Source of the DNA: Acidobacteriota bacterium
GTDB taxonomy: Bacteria; Acidobacteriota; Thermoanaerobaculia; Multivoradales; UBA5704
Reading direction: 5' to 3'
NCBI GenBank assembly: GCA_040005235.1
Contig: JBDTZG010000005.1
Location: 117,185 to 181,184 of the forward strand
Length of the DNA stretch: 64,000 nucleotides
Positions 1 to 9,593 of this stretch are shown one piece after another. The translations under genes and the position numbers were made by a program. Each line of letters starts with the position of its first letter. The first letter of the stretch is position 1. The notes beneath the pieces are model-generated. The model was not told the DNA's origin. It searched no databases and saw nothing but the letters and a program-made list of their open reading frames with translations.

Positions 1-110
1 TTCGCGCCGCATCCCATCCGATCGGAACGGCCGACGCCTTCTCGGTCGAGGTCGAGGTGCGGTCGGGAACCGTCCTGGCGAATGCCCGGGTCGCCGGGCC
101 TCGGCCGTGA
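1..110 (+). CDS. 3' end of an upstream gene, hypothetical
   Basis: Open frame 3..110 (...FSVEVEVRSGTVLANARVAGPRP*) ends in TGA 25 nt before the next start. Truncated by the window edge. Confidence 0.4.
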   Translation, partial: RAASHPIGTADAFSVEVEVRSGTVLANARVAGPRP

Positions 111-135
111 CGAGACCGTGACTCGGCGATAAACC

Positions 136-1080
136 GTGCTGCCGGCCGATCTTGCCCCGCAAGCCGCCGCGGCTGGTCTCGCTTCGACCTCCGACCAGGC
201 CGCGAAACTCGCGGCCTGGTTAATTTCCGAAGCGCGGCGCGATCCCGCGGCGCGCCGTTATCTCTATTTCCTCAAATCGTCGTACGAGACGTTTCACGCA
301 ATCGAGGAGTGCTTTCCCCGTTCACCGGATGTAGCCGGTGGCGGTATCGGCACCTCGCCCGAAGAGCTGCTCCATATCGCGAACCACCTGTACCTCCTGG
401 TTTCCGCCGGAGTGCCGGGCGTCCTACTCGAATGCGGGTGCTTCAAGGGGTTTTCTTCCAGCTGCCTGAGCCACGCCTGTGCCTTTTTAGGTCGCGATCT
501 GGTCGTGGCCGATTCGTTCCAGGGCCTGCCCGGTGAGGCCGGGGCAGGGGAGGAAGGGTACCGCCCCGGCGATTTTCGCGGCGCCCGAGCAGAGGTCGAA
601 GCCAACGTCCGCCTGTTCGGCCGCCTCGAGCGGGTACGCTTCGTCGAAGGCTGGTTCCGCGACACGTTGCCGCATCTCCCCGATCCGGTCGCCCTGCTCT
701 GGATGGACGTCGACCTCTACGCTTCCGCGACGGACGTGCTCGAATCCACCTTGCAGAAACTCGACCCTCGGGCCGCGATCTTCAGCCATGAGTTTTTGCC
801 CGAGCAGATCAATGCGGACGGGCGCATCGTCCACCCACACGAGCCGCCCGGAGCGATCCGCGACGCCTTCGTTGCCCGTGGCGTCGAGGAACGGGCAGTC
901 CACCTGGCAGGTTGGCTTGCCCGGATCGACCGGCCTGAGACGGTGGGGATTGGATCGGAGTCTCTGGTGCGTGCGCTGCTCCCCCACCTGAGAGACCTGG
1001 ATCACCGTGCCCGGACCGCAAAGCAGGCGATCGGCCTGAAGCCTGCGCTCCGCGACTGGCTTCGGCGGAGGCTTGGGTAG
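136..1080 (+). CDS. TylF/MycF (macrocin O-methyltransferase) family protein
   Basis: Motifs VPGVLLECGCFKG, ADSFQGLP, FVEGWFRDTLP and WMDVDLYAS are typical of the TylF family. Lies in a glycan locus. Confidence 0.85.
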   Translation: MLPADLAPQAAAAGLASTSDQAAKLAAWLISEARRDPAARRYLYFLKSSYETFHAIEECFPRSPDVAGGGIGTSPEELLHIANHLYLLVSAGVPGVLLECGCFKGFSSSCLSHACAFLGRDLVVADSFQGLPGEAGAGEEGYRPGDFRGARAEVEANVRLFGRLERVRFVEGWFRDTLPHLPDPVALLWMDVDLYASATDVLESTLQKLDPRAAIFSHEFLPEQINADGRIVHPHEPPGAIRDAFVARGVEERAVHLAGWLARIDRPETVGIGSESLVRALLPHLRDLDHRARTAKQAIGLKPALRDWLRRRLG

Positions 1081-1172
1081 GCTCTTCAGCCTGCCGCAAC
1101 GAAGTCTGGCCGAAGTTGCAAGAGTGAAGGGGGTCATTTACGTCCTTTAAGCGGCAGGAGGTACGTGCCGCT

Positions 1173-2126
1173 ATGACCAGCCACGACCAGTTGTGGAAGG
1201 ACCTGTTTCGGACCTTTTTCCCCGATCTGCTGTTTTTGCTCGACTCCGACCTCGCGACTCGCCTTGTCGGGAGCCTCGGTCCGGGAGGATTCACCTTCCT
1301 GGATAAAGAGGTGTTCCACGATCTGCCGGAGGGCGATCGACATGAGGTCGACCTTCTCGCAGAGGCTCTCGATTCCGCCTCCGGACGGAAACTGCGCGTC
1401 CATATAGAGATCGAGCGCCGCTTCGGCGGCAAGATCGGCCGCCGCGTCGCGCGCTACTCTTACCATCTCTATCTGCGCGACCCCGGACCGGTGGTTTCGA
1501 TCGTCGTCTTCATGCGCGGCGGCCCGGCCGGCGCCCGCTGGACGGAGCACGTCGAGCGAGCGTTCGATCGAGAGATCCTTTGCTTCAACTACCTGTCGCT
1601 CGGCTTGTCGAAGCTTCCGGCGAGGAAGATGCTCGATCGGCCGGAGCCGCTCGCCTGGGCGTTCGCCGCCCTCGCTTGGCCGGGCAGGATGGGCCGAGCC
1701 CGGTTGAAGTTGGAGCTTCTGCGGAAGATTGCCACCGCCCGGCTGAACGAGGTCGAGCGATTTCTGTTGGCCAACTGCGCGCAAACTTACCTACAATTGG
1801 CAGGAAGCGATGCGGAGGAGTACGCCGCGATGCGCCTCGCCCAAGAGAATCCGGAGGTCGAAGCGATGGAAATGACATGGGCCGAGCAGATGGTAGCGGA
1901 GTACCGGCAGAAGTTTCTTGCTGAGGGCCTTGAGCAGGGCCTCGAGCAGGGAGTCGAGCAAGGCGTCCGAAGCACTCTGCTCCGGCAAATCCTGCGGCGG
2001 TTCGGGGAGGTCCCGCCTGCGGTTCGGGCGAGGGTTGAGGCGATCGATTCGCTTGACGAGTTGGGCGGCCTCACCGAGCGGATTTTGGAGGTGAAGTCGA
2101 TCGAGGAGCTGGGGCTGGGGCACTAG
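1173..2126 (+). CDS. Rpn family PD-(D/E)xK nuclease / putative transposase with DUF4351-like C-terminus
   Basis: N-terminal HDQLWK, VDLL...HIEIE nuclease motif, EQG repeats and C-terminal LLRQILRRFGEVP. RBS GGAGG upstream. Confidence 0.85.
   Translation: MTSHDQLWKDLFRTFFPDLLFLLDSDLATRLVGSLGPGGFTFLDKEVFHDLPEGDRHEVDLLAEALDSASGRKLRVHIEIERRFGGKIGRRVARYSYHLYLRDPGPVVSIVVFMRGGPAGARWTEHVERAFDREILCFNYLSLGLSKLPARKMLDRPEPLAWAFAALAWPGRMGRARLKLELLRKIATARLNEVERFLLANCAQTYLQLAGSDAEEYAAMRLAQENPEVEAMEMTWAEQMVAEYRQKFLAEGLEQGLEQGVEQGVRSTLLRQILRRFGEVPPAVRARVEAIDSLDELGGLTERILEVKSIEELGLGH
1923..1965 (+). repeat. 12-bp coding repeats (EGLEQGLEQGVEQG) in the Rpn gene
   Basis: gagcaggg-type units at 12-nt spacing. 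Confidence 0.7.
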
Positions 2127-2197
2127 CCGCGCCCCTGGTGGGCCGGTCGAGGCCTTCCCGGCCTCGGCCCGTGCCGAACGGGTAGAATCCCCGTTCG

Positions 2198-3511
2198 ATG
2201 GCTGATCCGGCGGTCCAGGTCCAGAATCTCGAAAAGGTGTATCGGGTCTATGCCCAGCCATGGCATCGGCTGCTGGTGCCTTTTGGCGGCAGGCCGAGAC
2301 ATCGGGAGTTTCGGGCTTTGGATGGGGTGAGCTTCGATCTGCCGCAGGGCCAGGGGCTCGCGATCGTCGGGGAGAACGGCGCGGGGAAGTCGACCCTGCT
2401 CAAGATTCTCGCCGGGATCACCAGCCCCAGCGCGGGACGGTCGGAGGTTCGCGGGAAGATCGCCTCGATCTTGGAGCTGGGATCGGGGTTTCACCCGGAG
2501 TTCACCGGGCGCCAGAACATCGTGCTGAACGCCGCGATGCTCGGGCTTTCGGAGGGGGAGGTCCGGGAAAAGACGCCCGCGATCCTCGATTTCGCGGAGC
2601 TGGGCGACTTCATCGATCAGCCGGTGAAGGTCTATTCGACCGGCATGGCGATGAGGCTCGGTTTCGCGATCGCCACCCAGGTTGAGCCCGACGTGTTGAT
2701 CATCGACGAGGCGCTCTCGGTGGGCGACGGCTATTTCCAGAAGAAGTGCATGGATCGGCTGGAACGATTCGTCGGCGCCGGGGGCACCCTGCTGTTCTGC
2801 TCGCATGCGATGTACTACGTCTCGGCCTTCTGCCAGCAGGCGCTTTGGCTCAAGAACGGCCGGCCGCAGGCGCTCGGCCCGGTGCTCGACGTAATCCACG
2901 AGTACGAGAACTTCCTGGTGAAGAAGAGCGGCTCCGCCGCTTCTCGGGGGGACGAACCGGTTCCGGTTGCCGCTTCGGATCAAGAGTCGGCGGCGATTCC
3001 AGAACCGACGGTCGCCGGTCTCGCGCGGCTGATCGGGGTTCGCCAGTTGGCCGTCCCGGGCACGGAGCGTGGAGGAAAAGGCGGTACCGAGGCGGACCCC
3101 TCCCGGTACGCGTCCGGCTCGCCGTTCCGGCTGGAAGTCTCCTGGGCGACCGACGATCCGACACTGGGATTCCACCTCGGGGTCGGGATCAACCGGACCG
3201 ACGGAGTCGAAGTCTGCTCGTTTTCGACCCACCTGGATGGTCTGCCGGCAGTCTCCGGAGAGCGAAGATACGAGGTCGTGCTCGACGTTCCGGCCCTTCC
3301 GATCGTCAAGGGCGAGTTCTCTCTCTACGTCTTCCTCCTCGACCACCGGTCGCTCCACGTCTACGACCAACGGCTGCTCCGGGCGGCTTTTGCGGTCGAG
3401 AGCGCGGACTACCGAATTGGCCTGATCAACGTCGAGCACGCTTGGGACGTACAATGGAGCGGCCGAAGGCTTCTTCCAACTTCTCAAGCGAACGATGAGC
3501 TTCCCGCATGA
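2198..3511 (+). CDS. wzt: Polysaccharide ABC exporter ATP-binding protein with C-terminal Wzt carbohydrate-binding domain
   Basis: GENGAGKST, YSTGMAMRLGF, DEALSVGD, CSH motifs and a ~190-aa C-terminal beta-rich extension. Confidence 0.9.
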   Translation: MADPAVQVQNLEKVYRVYAQPWHRLLVPFGGRPRHREFRALDGVSFDLPQGQGLAIVGENGAGKSTLLKILAGITSPSAGRSEVRGKIASILELGSGFHPEFTGRQNIVLNAAMLGLSEGEVREKTPAILDFAELGDFIDQPVKVYSTGMAMRLGFAIATQVEPDVLIIDEALSVGDGYFQKKCMDRLERFVGAGGTLLFCSHAMYYVSAFCQQALWLKNGRPQALGPVLDVIHEYENFLVKKSGSAASRGDEPVPVAASDQESAAIPEPTVAGLARLIGVRQLAVPGTERGGKGGTEADPSRYASGSPFRLEVSWATDDPTLGFHLGVGINRTDGVEVCSFSTHLDGLPAVSGERRYEVVLDVPALPIVKGEFSLYVFLLDHRSLHVYDQRLLRAAFAVESADYRIGLINVEHAWDVQWSGRRLLPTSQANDELPA

Positions 3512-4629
3512 ATGATGAATTCCGGACCGCGCTTGCGGTTCTGCCCGAAGAGCCGGCAACCCGGCTCGCGCTCCACCCGTTCGCCCATGTCGATGCGGCG
3601 CGGATCTACCATCCCCTCACGGGCGTCGAGCTGACCCCCGGTACGCCGGGGTACGCCGAGATCTCGCGCCTGGCCTCCGGCTTTTCGGCAGTCGAGGATC
3701 TGGCGCCGGAAGTGCGCGAACGGCTCATTGCGGGGCGCTGGCTGCTTCCGGCAGGGGAAGATCCGTCGAAGGAGTTCCGGCTCCGGATCGTCTCGCTCGA
3801 AGCGCATACGGTGTGCAACCAGGCCTGCTACTTCTGCCCGGTCTCGATCGCGCCGCGCGAGGACTACTTCATGCCGACCGCGCTGTACGAGCGGATCGTT
3901 GGGGAGCTGGCCGCCTTCCGCGAGACGATCGAAGCGGTGTTCATGATCAATTACAACGAACCGACGCTCGACAAGCGGTTCGTCGAGCAGGTCCGGACGA
4001 TCCGCGCCGCCGGGCTTCCGCCCGCCGTGCTGACGAACGGCTCCGGCCTCACTCCCGACCGGATCGACGCGCTGGTCGAGATGGGCGGCCTGCGGTTCCT
4101 CTCGATCAACCTCTCGACGCTCGATCGCGAGCGCTACAAGACCGAACGCGGGGGAGACCAACTGCCGCTGGTGCTCAAGAACTTGGAGTACGCCAAGGAC
4201 AAAGCGGTCGCCGAAAAGATGGATGTGATCGTGCTCGGCACCGGCGACGAAAACCACCAACGCGATTTCGCCGAGATCGGCGAACGGTTCGCAGGCAGCC
4301 GCTTCGAGGTCAAGTCGTTCGAGGTGATGGATCGCGCCGGGTATCTTCAGATCGGCCTTGGGGTTCAGCGCGACGGCAAGAAGCTGCGCGGCTGCGACAA
4401 CTTGGGCTCGCGACCGATCGAGCACCTGCACATCACACCTCGCGCCCAGGTGGTGCTCTGCTGCGAGGACTACGACGAGTTCCACATTGTGGGCGATCTG
4501 GCGGAGACCTCGGTGCTCGACGTGCTGCGTGGCCCCGAGCTGGCAAAGATGCGGCGGATGATCTACGGCCTCGACGAGGCACCAGCGAATTTCATCTGCA
4601 ACAAATGCACGTTCGCGCGCCGGGCGTGA
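3508..4629 (+). CDS. Radical SAM protein with SPASM/twitch domain
   Basis: CNQACYFC (CxxxCxxC), YNEPTLD, LTNG; C-terminal GC...LCCED...CNKC. ATGA overlap with wzt. Confidence 0.9.
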   Translation: MNDEFRTALAVLPEEPATRLALHPFAHVDAARIYHPLTGVELTPGTPGYAEISRLASGFSAVEDLAPEVRERLIAGRWLLPAGEDPSKEFRLRIVSLEAHTVCNQACYFCPVSIAPREDYFMPTALYERIVGELAAFRETIEAVFMINYNEPTLDKRFVEQVRTIRAAGLPPAVLTNGSGLTPDRIDALVEMGGLRFLSINLSTLDRERYKTERGGDQLPLVLKNLEYAKDKAVAEKMDVIVLGTGDENHQRDFAEIGERFAGSRFEVKSFEVMDRAGYLQIGLGVQRDGKKLRGCDNLGSRPIEHLHITPRAQVVLCCEDYDEFHIVGDLAETSVLDVLRGPELAKMRRMIYGLDEAPANFICNKCTFARRA

Positions 4630-5801
4630 TTCCGCCCGCGGCGGATCTTTCCTCCGACTCCGCGGCCGACGGTCGCCTGCCCGTGCGCCTCGCGATCGTC
4701 ATCGTCCACTACCGGACGCCGGATCTCGCCGCGGAATGCGTCGCCGCGCTACGTGCCGACTCCCCTGGATCCGAGGCGCGCATCGTCCTGGTCGACAACG
4801 GCAGCGACGCCGAAGGACGGGAGCGGCTCCACCAACTTTCGATCGAGATCATCGAGCCGGGTGAGAATCTCGGATTTGGCGGTGGGGTGAACCGGGGGGT
4901 TGCCTACTGTCTGGAGGCCGGATCCAAAGATCCCGTCGACGCGATCGTAATCCTCAATCCCGACGTGCTGGTCCGGCCGGGGTGCCTCGCGGCGTTGCTC
5001 GCAGAGCTGGATCGGGGGGCGGCGGTGGCGGGTCCCAAGTTCTATTGGGACCGGGGCGAGCGACTTCTCCTTCCGCCCACCGAGCGGCGCACCCGGCGCG
5101 ATGAACTGCGCGCCGCGGCGGCGCACCGGGGCGGCGCCCGCGCCGACCGGGCCCGCGCCCATTGGCGGGACCACGCGAGGGAGCATTGGCTGGCGGCGGA
5201 GCCACTCAGAACCCCCTGGCTCTCCGGAGGGTTGCTCGCGATCCGCCGCGACGCCTGGGAGGCGGTCGGCCCGTTCGACGAGGGGTACCGGCTCTATTTC
5301 GAGGAGACCGATTGGCTGATGCGCCTTGCGGCCCGCGGGCTCGACCCGCGGTGGGTGCCCGCCGCCCGTGCGGTTCACCTGTACGCCCAGAGCGCGTTGC
5401 GCGAACCGGCGTCCCAGGCCTGGTTCGAGGAGTCGGCGGAGCGCTTCCGCCACCGGTGGTACGGCGTAGGATTCTCCCGCCTGCTCGCCTCGGTCGCCCC
5501 CGCGGAGGCGGTAACGGTCGATCCGTTGCCCTCTTTACTTTCCGAAGGTCTCGACCAGGACGCGCTCGTGGCGAGGCTGCCGGGTGGATCAGGCACGATC
5601 TGGATCGAAGTCTCGCCGAGCCTCTGGGGGTTTCCGGCCGCCGCGGAGCGGATCGAGATCCCGAGCGGATTCTGGCGCCTGCCCGAAGAGATCGCCGAGC
5701 GGCTGCCCGCTGGAGAGTGGACGGTGCTCGCGAGCGACGAGGCCGGGCGCGAGCTGGGCCGCTGGGCGGTGTCTTCCGGCGCTACGGGAGTCCAACGGTG
5801 A
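4626..5801 (+). CDS. Glycosyltransferase family 2
   Basis: IVIVHY, LVDNGS, NLGFGGGVNRG, LNPD, FDEGYRLYFEETD. GTG start overlaps the upstream stop; the long N-terminus in the ORF track is spurious. Confidence 0.85.
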   Translation: MIPPAADLSSDSAADGRLPVRLAIVIVHYRTPDLAAECVAALRADSPGSEARIVLVDNGSDAEGRERLHQLSIEIIEPGENLGFGGGVNRGVAYCLEAGSKDPVDAIVILNPDVLVRPGCLAALLAELDRGAAVAGPKFYWDRGERLLLPPTERRTRRDELRAAAAHRGGARADRARAHWRDHAREHWLAAEPLRTPWLSGGLLAIRRDAWEAVGPFDEGYRLYFEETDWLMRLAARGLDPRWVPAARAVHLYAQSALREPASQAWFEESAERFRHRWYGVGFSRLLASVAPAEAVTVDPLPSLLSEGLDQDALVARLPGGSGTIWIEVSPSLWGFPAAAERIEIPSGFWRLPEEIAERLPAGEWTVLASDEAGRELGRWAVSSGATGVQR

Positions 5802-6877
5802 AGCTTCTCTATCTCCTCCCGAATCCGGAGCTGAACGGCGGCAACAAAGTCGTGTTCCAGCACGCCGAGCTGCTCCGCCGACTCGGTCACCAGGTGACGA
5901 TCGCGGCGGAGGGGGCGCGGCCGACCTGGGTTCCCTTCGGCGGCACCTATCTCGACCGGACGCAGACGGCTCAGACGACCGATCGGTTCGATCTGGTAAT
6001 AGCGACGTATTGGACGACGGTCCGCCAGGCGCTCGATCTGGACCTCGGGCCGGTCGCCCATTTTTGTCAGGGGTACGAAGGATCGCTCGAACATCTTCAG
6101 CCTTGCCTTCCCGAGATCGAGGCGGTCTATCGCGAGCCGCTGCCGACGCTGGTCGTTTCGCCGCACCTCGCGCCGTTCCTTCGCGAGCGCTTCGGTCGCG
6201 AGTCGGCGATTGCGCCGCCGTCGCTCGATCCGCGCTTTACGCCAGAGGACCGGCCGGGGCCGGGCGGGATTCCCTGGATCGCCCTACCGGGCATCTTCGC
6301 CGCTCCGGTCAAGGGAGTGCCCACGGCGCTAGCGGCGATTGCCCGCCTTCGCGAACGAGGTCTTCCCGCTCGGGTCCTGCGCTTTTCGATCTTGCCACTC
6401 GACGCCGAAGAGAGAAAGCAGCTCGAACCCGATCGCTACCTCTGTGGCGTTTCGCCCGAAGTGATCGCCCACGAGGTCGCCTCCGCGGACCTCCTCCTGC
6501 TCCCCTCGCGAGAAGGGGAAGGCTTCGGCCTGCCGTTGCTCGAAGCGATGGCCGCTGGAACCCCCGCCGTGGCCTCGGCGATCCCCTCGATCCGCGGCTT
6601 CGCGACCGGCGCGGCGTCGCTGGTTCCGCCCGGCGATTCCGCAGCGATGGCGGACGCGGCAGAGCGCCTGCTGCTCGACCGCCGAAAGTGGCTCCGGGCG
6701 CGCCGGGCGGGGCTTGCCGCCGCTTCGCGTTTCCGCCCCGAAGAGGTGGCAGCGATCGTCGAAGGCGCTGTCGCCTGGGCGGCTCGGAAGGCGGGGAGCC
6801 GCGGCCTTGGGGCTCGAACGACCGAGGCGGGATCGGGGCGAAGGGTAGCTCCCCAAACCGCTGGCCCCTTGGAGTAA
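5798..6877 (+). CDS. Glycosyltransferase family 4
   Basis: GGNKVVFQHAE, IATYWTT, EGFGLPLLEAMAAG. GTGA overlap with the GT2 gene. Confidence 0.85.
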   Translation: MKLLYLLPNPELNGGNKVVFQHAELLRRLGHQVTIAAEGARPTWVPFGGTYLDRTQTAQTTDRFDLVIATYWTTVRQALDLDLGPVAHFCQGYEGSLEHLQPCLPEIEAVYREPLPTLVVSPHLAPFLRERFGRESAIAPPSLDPRFTPEDRPGPGGIPWIALPGIFAAPVKGVPTALAAIARLRERGLPARVLRFSILPLDAEERKQLEPDRYLCGVSPEVIAHEVASADLLLLPSREGEGFGLPLLEAMAAGTPAVASAIPSIRGFATGAASLVPPGDSAAMADAAERLLLDRRKWLRARRAGLAAASRFRPEEVAAIVEGAVAWAARKAGSRGLGARTTEAGSGRRVAPQTAGPLE

Positions 6878-6924
6878 CGTATTACGCCATACCGGGAGTG
6901 AACTTCATACAGCTCCAAGAGGTG

Positions 6925-9585
6925 ATGGCGATGAGCCTCGGCGTCACGCTACGGATCGATCCTCGCCCGCCCGAGGGTCAAAGGAACGGCGCCGGTGCCT
7001 TCCGCCGCCTGCGGGAGCTGTTCGACGAGCTGTCCGACGTCGATCCCCAAGCGCGCGGCGAGCGCCTGGCCGCGCTCGCCGTCTTCGAACCGGATCTGGC
7101 CGCGGAGCTCGCCGCCCTTTTCGAGCACGCCGACCGTTCGCGCTCTCCTCTGGACTCTCCGGCGGCGGTCGCGGTTCCCGACGTTCCGGTCGAGGTGCGG
7201 GGATATCGAGTCGGCCGTCTGGTGGGTCGGGGCGGTTCTTCGTGGGTCTACCTCGCCGACCAGGATCTCGATGGGATCAAGCGGCGGGTGGCTTTGAAGA
7301 TCATCGGCGGTGTCGAGGCGGATCGATTCCTGCAGCGGTTCGAGGCCGAAAAGCGCATCCTCGCCGGGCTCGAACACCCCGGGATCGCCCGCCTGTACGA
7401 CGCCGGCCGAACCGGCGGCGGCTTTGCTTTCCTCGCCATGGAGTACGTTGAGGGGAGCGATCTCCTGACCTATTGCCAAACGCGCCGGGTATCGATCGCC
7501 GATCGCCTGCGCCTCTTCCTGCAAGTCCTCGCCGCGGTCAGCTATGCCCACCAGAACCTGATCGTCCATCGCGATTTGAAGCCGGCGAACATCATGGTCT
7601 CGCTCGCCGGCAACCCCAAGCTCCTCGACTTCGGCATCGCCGCCCTTCTCGACCCGACGCTCGGAGGCGCGGACCTGGAGAACGCGACCCTCCTGCGCGC
7701 GTTGACCCCCGCCTACGCCAGCCCCGAACAGATCCGGGGCGAGAGGGTCACGACCTCGACGGACGTTTTCTCGCTCGGCGTCGTGCTTTACGAGCTGCTG
7801 GTCGGAAAGCGCCCGCACGAGCCCTCCACGGTGGGCGGTGAGCTAGAGCGGGGCTATCGAGAAGTTCTGCTGCCGCCGCCGAGCGGTGCGCTCTCCAAGC
7901 GACGGCAAGCGGGGGAGGAGGCGGACGAACCGCGCGCCGTCGCGGGGGATCTCGACGCGATCGTGATGAAGGCGCTTCGTTCGAATGTGGCGGATCGCTA
8001 CCGGTCGGTGGCCGCGCTGGCCGAGGACCTGCGACTCTACCTCGAAGGGCGGCCGGTCGGGGCGCGTCCCGCCTCGTGGCCCTATCGGGCCGCGAAGGTC
8101 CTCAAGCGCCACCGCGCCGCATCGCTCGCGACCTTGATGGTCACGCTGGCGGCGGCCACCGGCTTGGCGGTTCACGTCCGGCAGCTGGGCCGGGAGCGCG
8201 ATCGGGCGAACGCCGCCGCTTTGCAGGCGCGCCGGGAGGCCGAGACCTCGACGCGCGTCGCCGACCTGGTCGCCTCGATCTTCGACGCCGCGAATCCGAA
8301 CGACCAGACCGACCATCCGCTCACCGGCAAGGAGATTCTCGAACGTGGCGCCCAGAGTGTCGAGACCGCTCTTTCGGCCGAGCCGGAGATGCGCGCCCGT
8401 ATGCACGTGCTGCTCGGCGGCATTTGGGTCCAGATGGGCGACCTGGAGAGGGCGGAGAAGCTGATCGAGCCTTCGATCCCCGATCTCGAAATGCGCCTGG
8501 GCCCGAACCACGCGACGACGGCGGGAGCCAAAGGGGTCCTCGCGATCCTCCGGCACGTCCAGGGGCGTGACACGGAGGCCAAGGCGCTCTTCCAACAGGC
8601 GCTCGCCGGACGGCGGATCGCGCTGGGGTCCCGCCACGCCAAGGTCGGCGTCCTGCTAAGCCAATACGGCAACACCTTGAAATCGCTCGGGGAGTTCGCG
8701 CTCGCCAAGAAGACGTTCGAGGAGAGTCTGTCGATCCTTGCCGAGACTTTCGGTCCTGAAAGCGGCGAGAGCGGCAAAGCCTGGGGCAACTACGGCCTTC
8801 TACTCTTCCGCATGGACGACTGGAAAGGGGCGGCCGCAGCGACCGAACGGTGCCTGGCGATCTTCGCCAAGGTCTACGGCCGCGAGAGCCCGCGCTACGC
8901 GGCCACGCTGGTAAATCTTGCCGAAGTTCGCGGGAAGCAGCGCCGCTACCCAGAGGCCCTGAGGGCGATCCAGGAGTCGATCCAGCTTTCAGAGAGAATC
9001 TTCGGCAAGGGCTACGTCGCGGAGACGATCCACCGCAACGTCTTGGGCTGGACCTACATGGATCTCCACCGTCCGCTGGACGCCAAAATCGAGTTCGAGC
9101 ACGCCATCGAGGCCGCTCTCAAGCGCTACGGACGGCATCCCACCACGGCCTGGCCGATGCGCGGTCTGGCGGAGGTCGAGCTGGCTCTCCACCGCCCGCA
9201 AGCGGCGCGCGACCAGTATGAGCGGGCGCTCCGGATCCGTCTGGAGACGCGCGGCGAAAACCATTGGGAGGTGGCCCAAAGCCTGAACGACATGGCCGAA
9301 GTCGAGGGCCGCCTGCACCACCCCGACGCAAGAGAGTCCTACCTCCGCCGAGCCCTCGCCGTCCGCCGGGCGGTGCACGAACCGACCCACCCCGACCTCG
9401 CCCGCGCGGTCGCCCGCCTCGGCGAATTTCTCTGTACCGAGAAGGCAACTCCGATCTCCGCCACCGAAGGCCGCGGCCTGCTCGACCAGGCGCTTACCTT
9501 GGTCGCGAATGCCGGAGAATCCTCCCGGCCCGACGGCGAACAGATCGCGGAGTGGCGAGCGACGCGCGTGAAATGCGATAGATAA
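6925..9585 (+). CDS. Hanks-type Ser/Thr protein kinase with TM segment and TPR repeats
   Basis: GRGGSS, VALK, HRDLKPANI, LLDFG, YASPE, DVFSLG; a TM helix followed by TPR repeats. Start chosen after gaggtg. Confidence 0.9.
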   Translation: MAMSLGVTLRIDPRPPEGQRNGAGAFRRLRELFDELSDVDPQARGERLAALAVFEPDLAAELAALFEHADRSRSPLDSPAAVAVPDVPVEVRGYRVGRLVGRGGSSWVYLADQDLDGIKRRVALKIIGGVEADRFLQRFEAEKRILAGLEHPGIARLYDAGRTGGGFAFLAMEYVEGSDLLTYCQTRRVSIADRLRLFLQVLAAVSYAHQNLIVHRDLKPANIMVSLAGNPKLLDFGIAALLDPTLGGADLENATLLRALTPAYASPEQIRGERVTTSTDVFSLGVVLYELLVGKRPHEPSTVGGELERGYREVLLPPPSGALSKRRQAGEEADEPRAVAGDLDAIVMKALRSNVADRYRSVAALAEDLRLYLEGRPVGARPASWPYRAAKVLKRHRAASLATLMVTLAAATGLAVHVRQLGRERDRANAAALQARREAETSTRVADLVASIFDAANPNDQTDHPLTGKEILERGAQSVETALSAEPEMRARMHVLLGGIWVQMGDLERAEKLIEPSIPDLEMRLGPNHATTAGAKGVLAILRHVQGRDTEAKALFQQALAGRRIALGSRHAKVGVLLSQYGNTLKSLGEFALAKKTFEESLSILAETFGPESGESGKAWGNYGLLLFRMDDWKGAAAATERCLAIFAKVYGRESPRYAATLVNLAEVRGKQRRYPEALRAIQESIQLSERIFGKGYVAETIHRNVLGWTYMDLHRPLDAKIEFEHAIEAALKRYGRHPTTAWPMRGLAEVELALHRPQAARDQYERALRIRLETRGENHWEVAQSLNDMAEVEGRLHHPDARESYLRRALAVRRAVHEPTHPDLARAVARLGEFLCTEKATPISATEGRGLLDQALTLVANAGESSRPDGEQIAEWRATRVKCDR

Positions 9586-9593
9586 TCCCCGCC

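Noticed and set aside
3813-6924. Long N-terminal extensions of ORFs 3813..5801, 5162..6877 and 5584..9585
   Set aside because: These are shadow frames overlapping real upstream genes; true starts are 4626, 5798 and ~6925.
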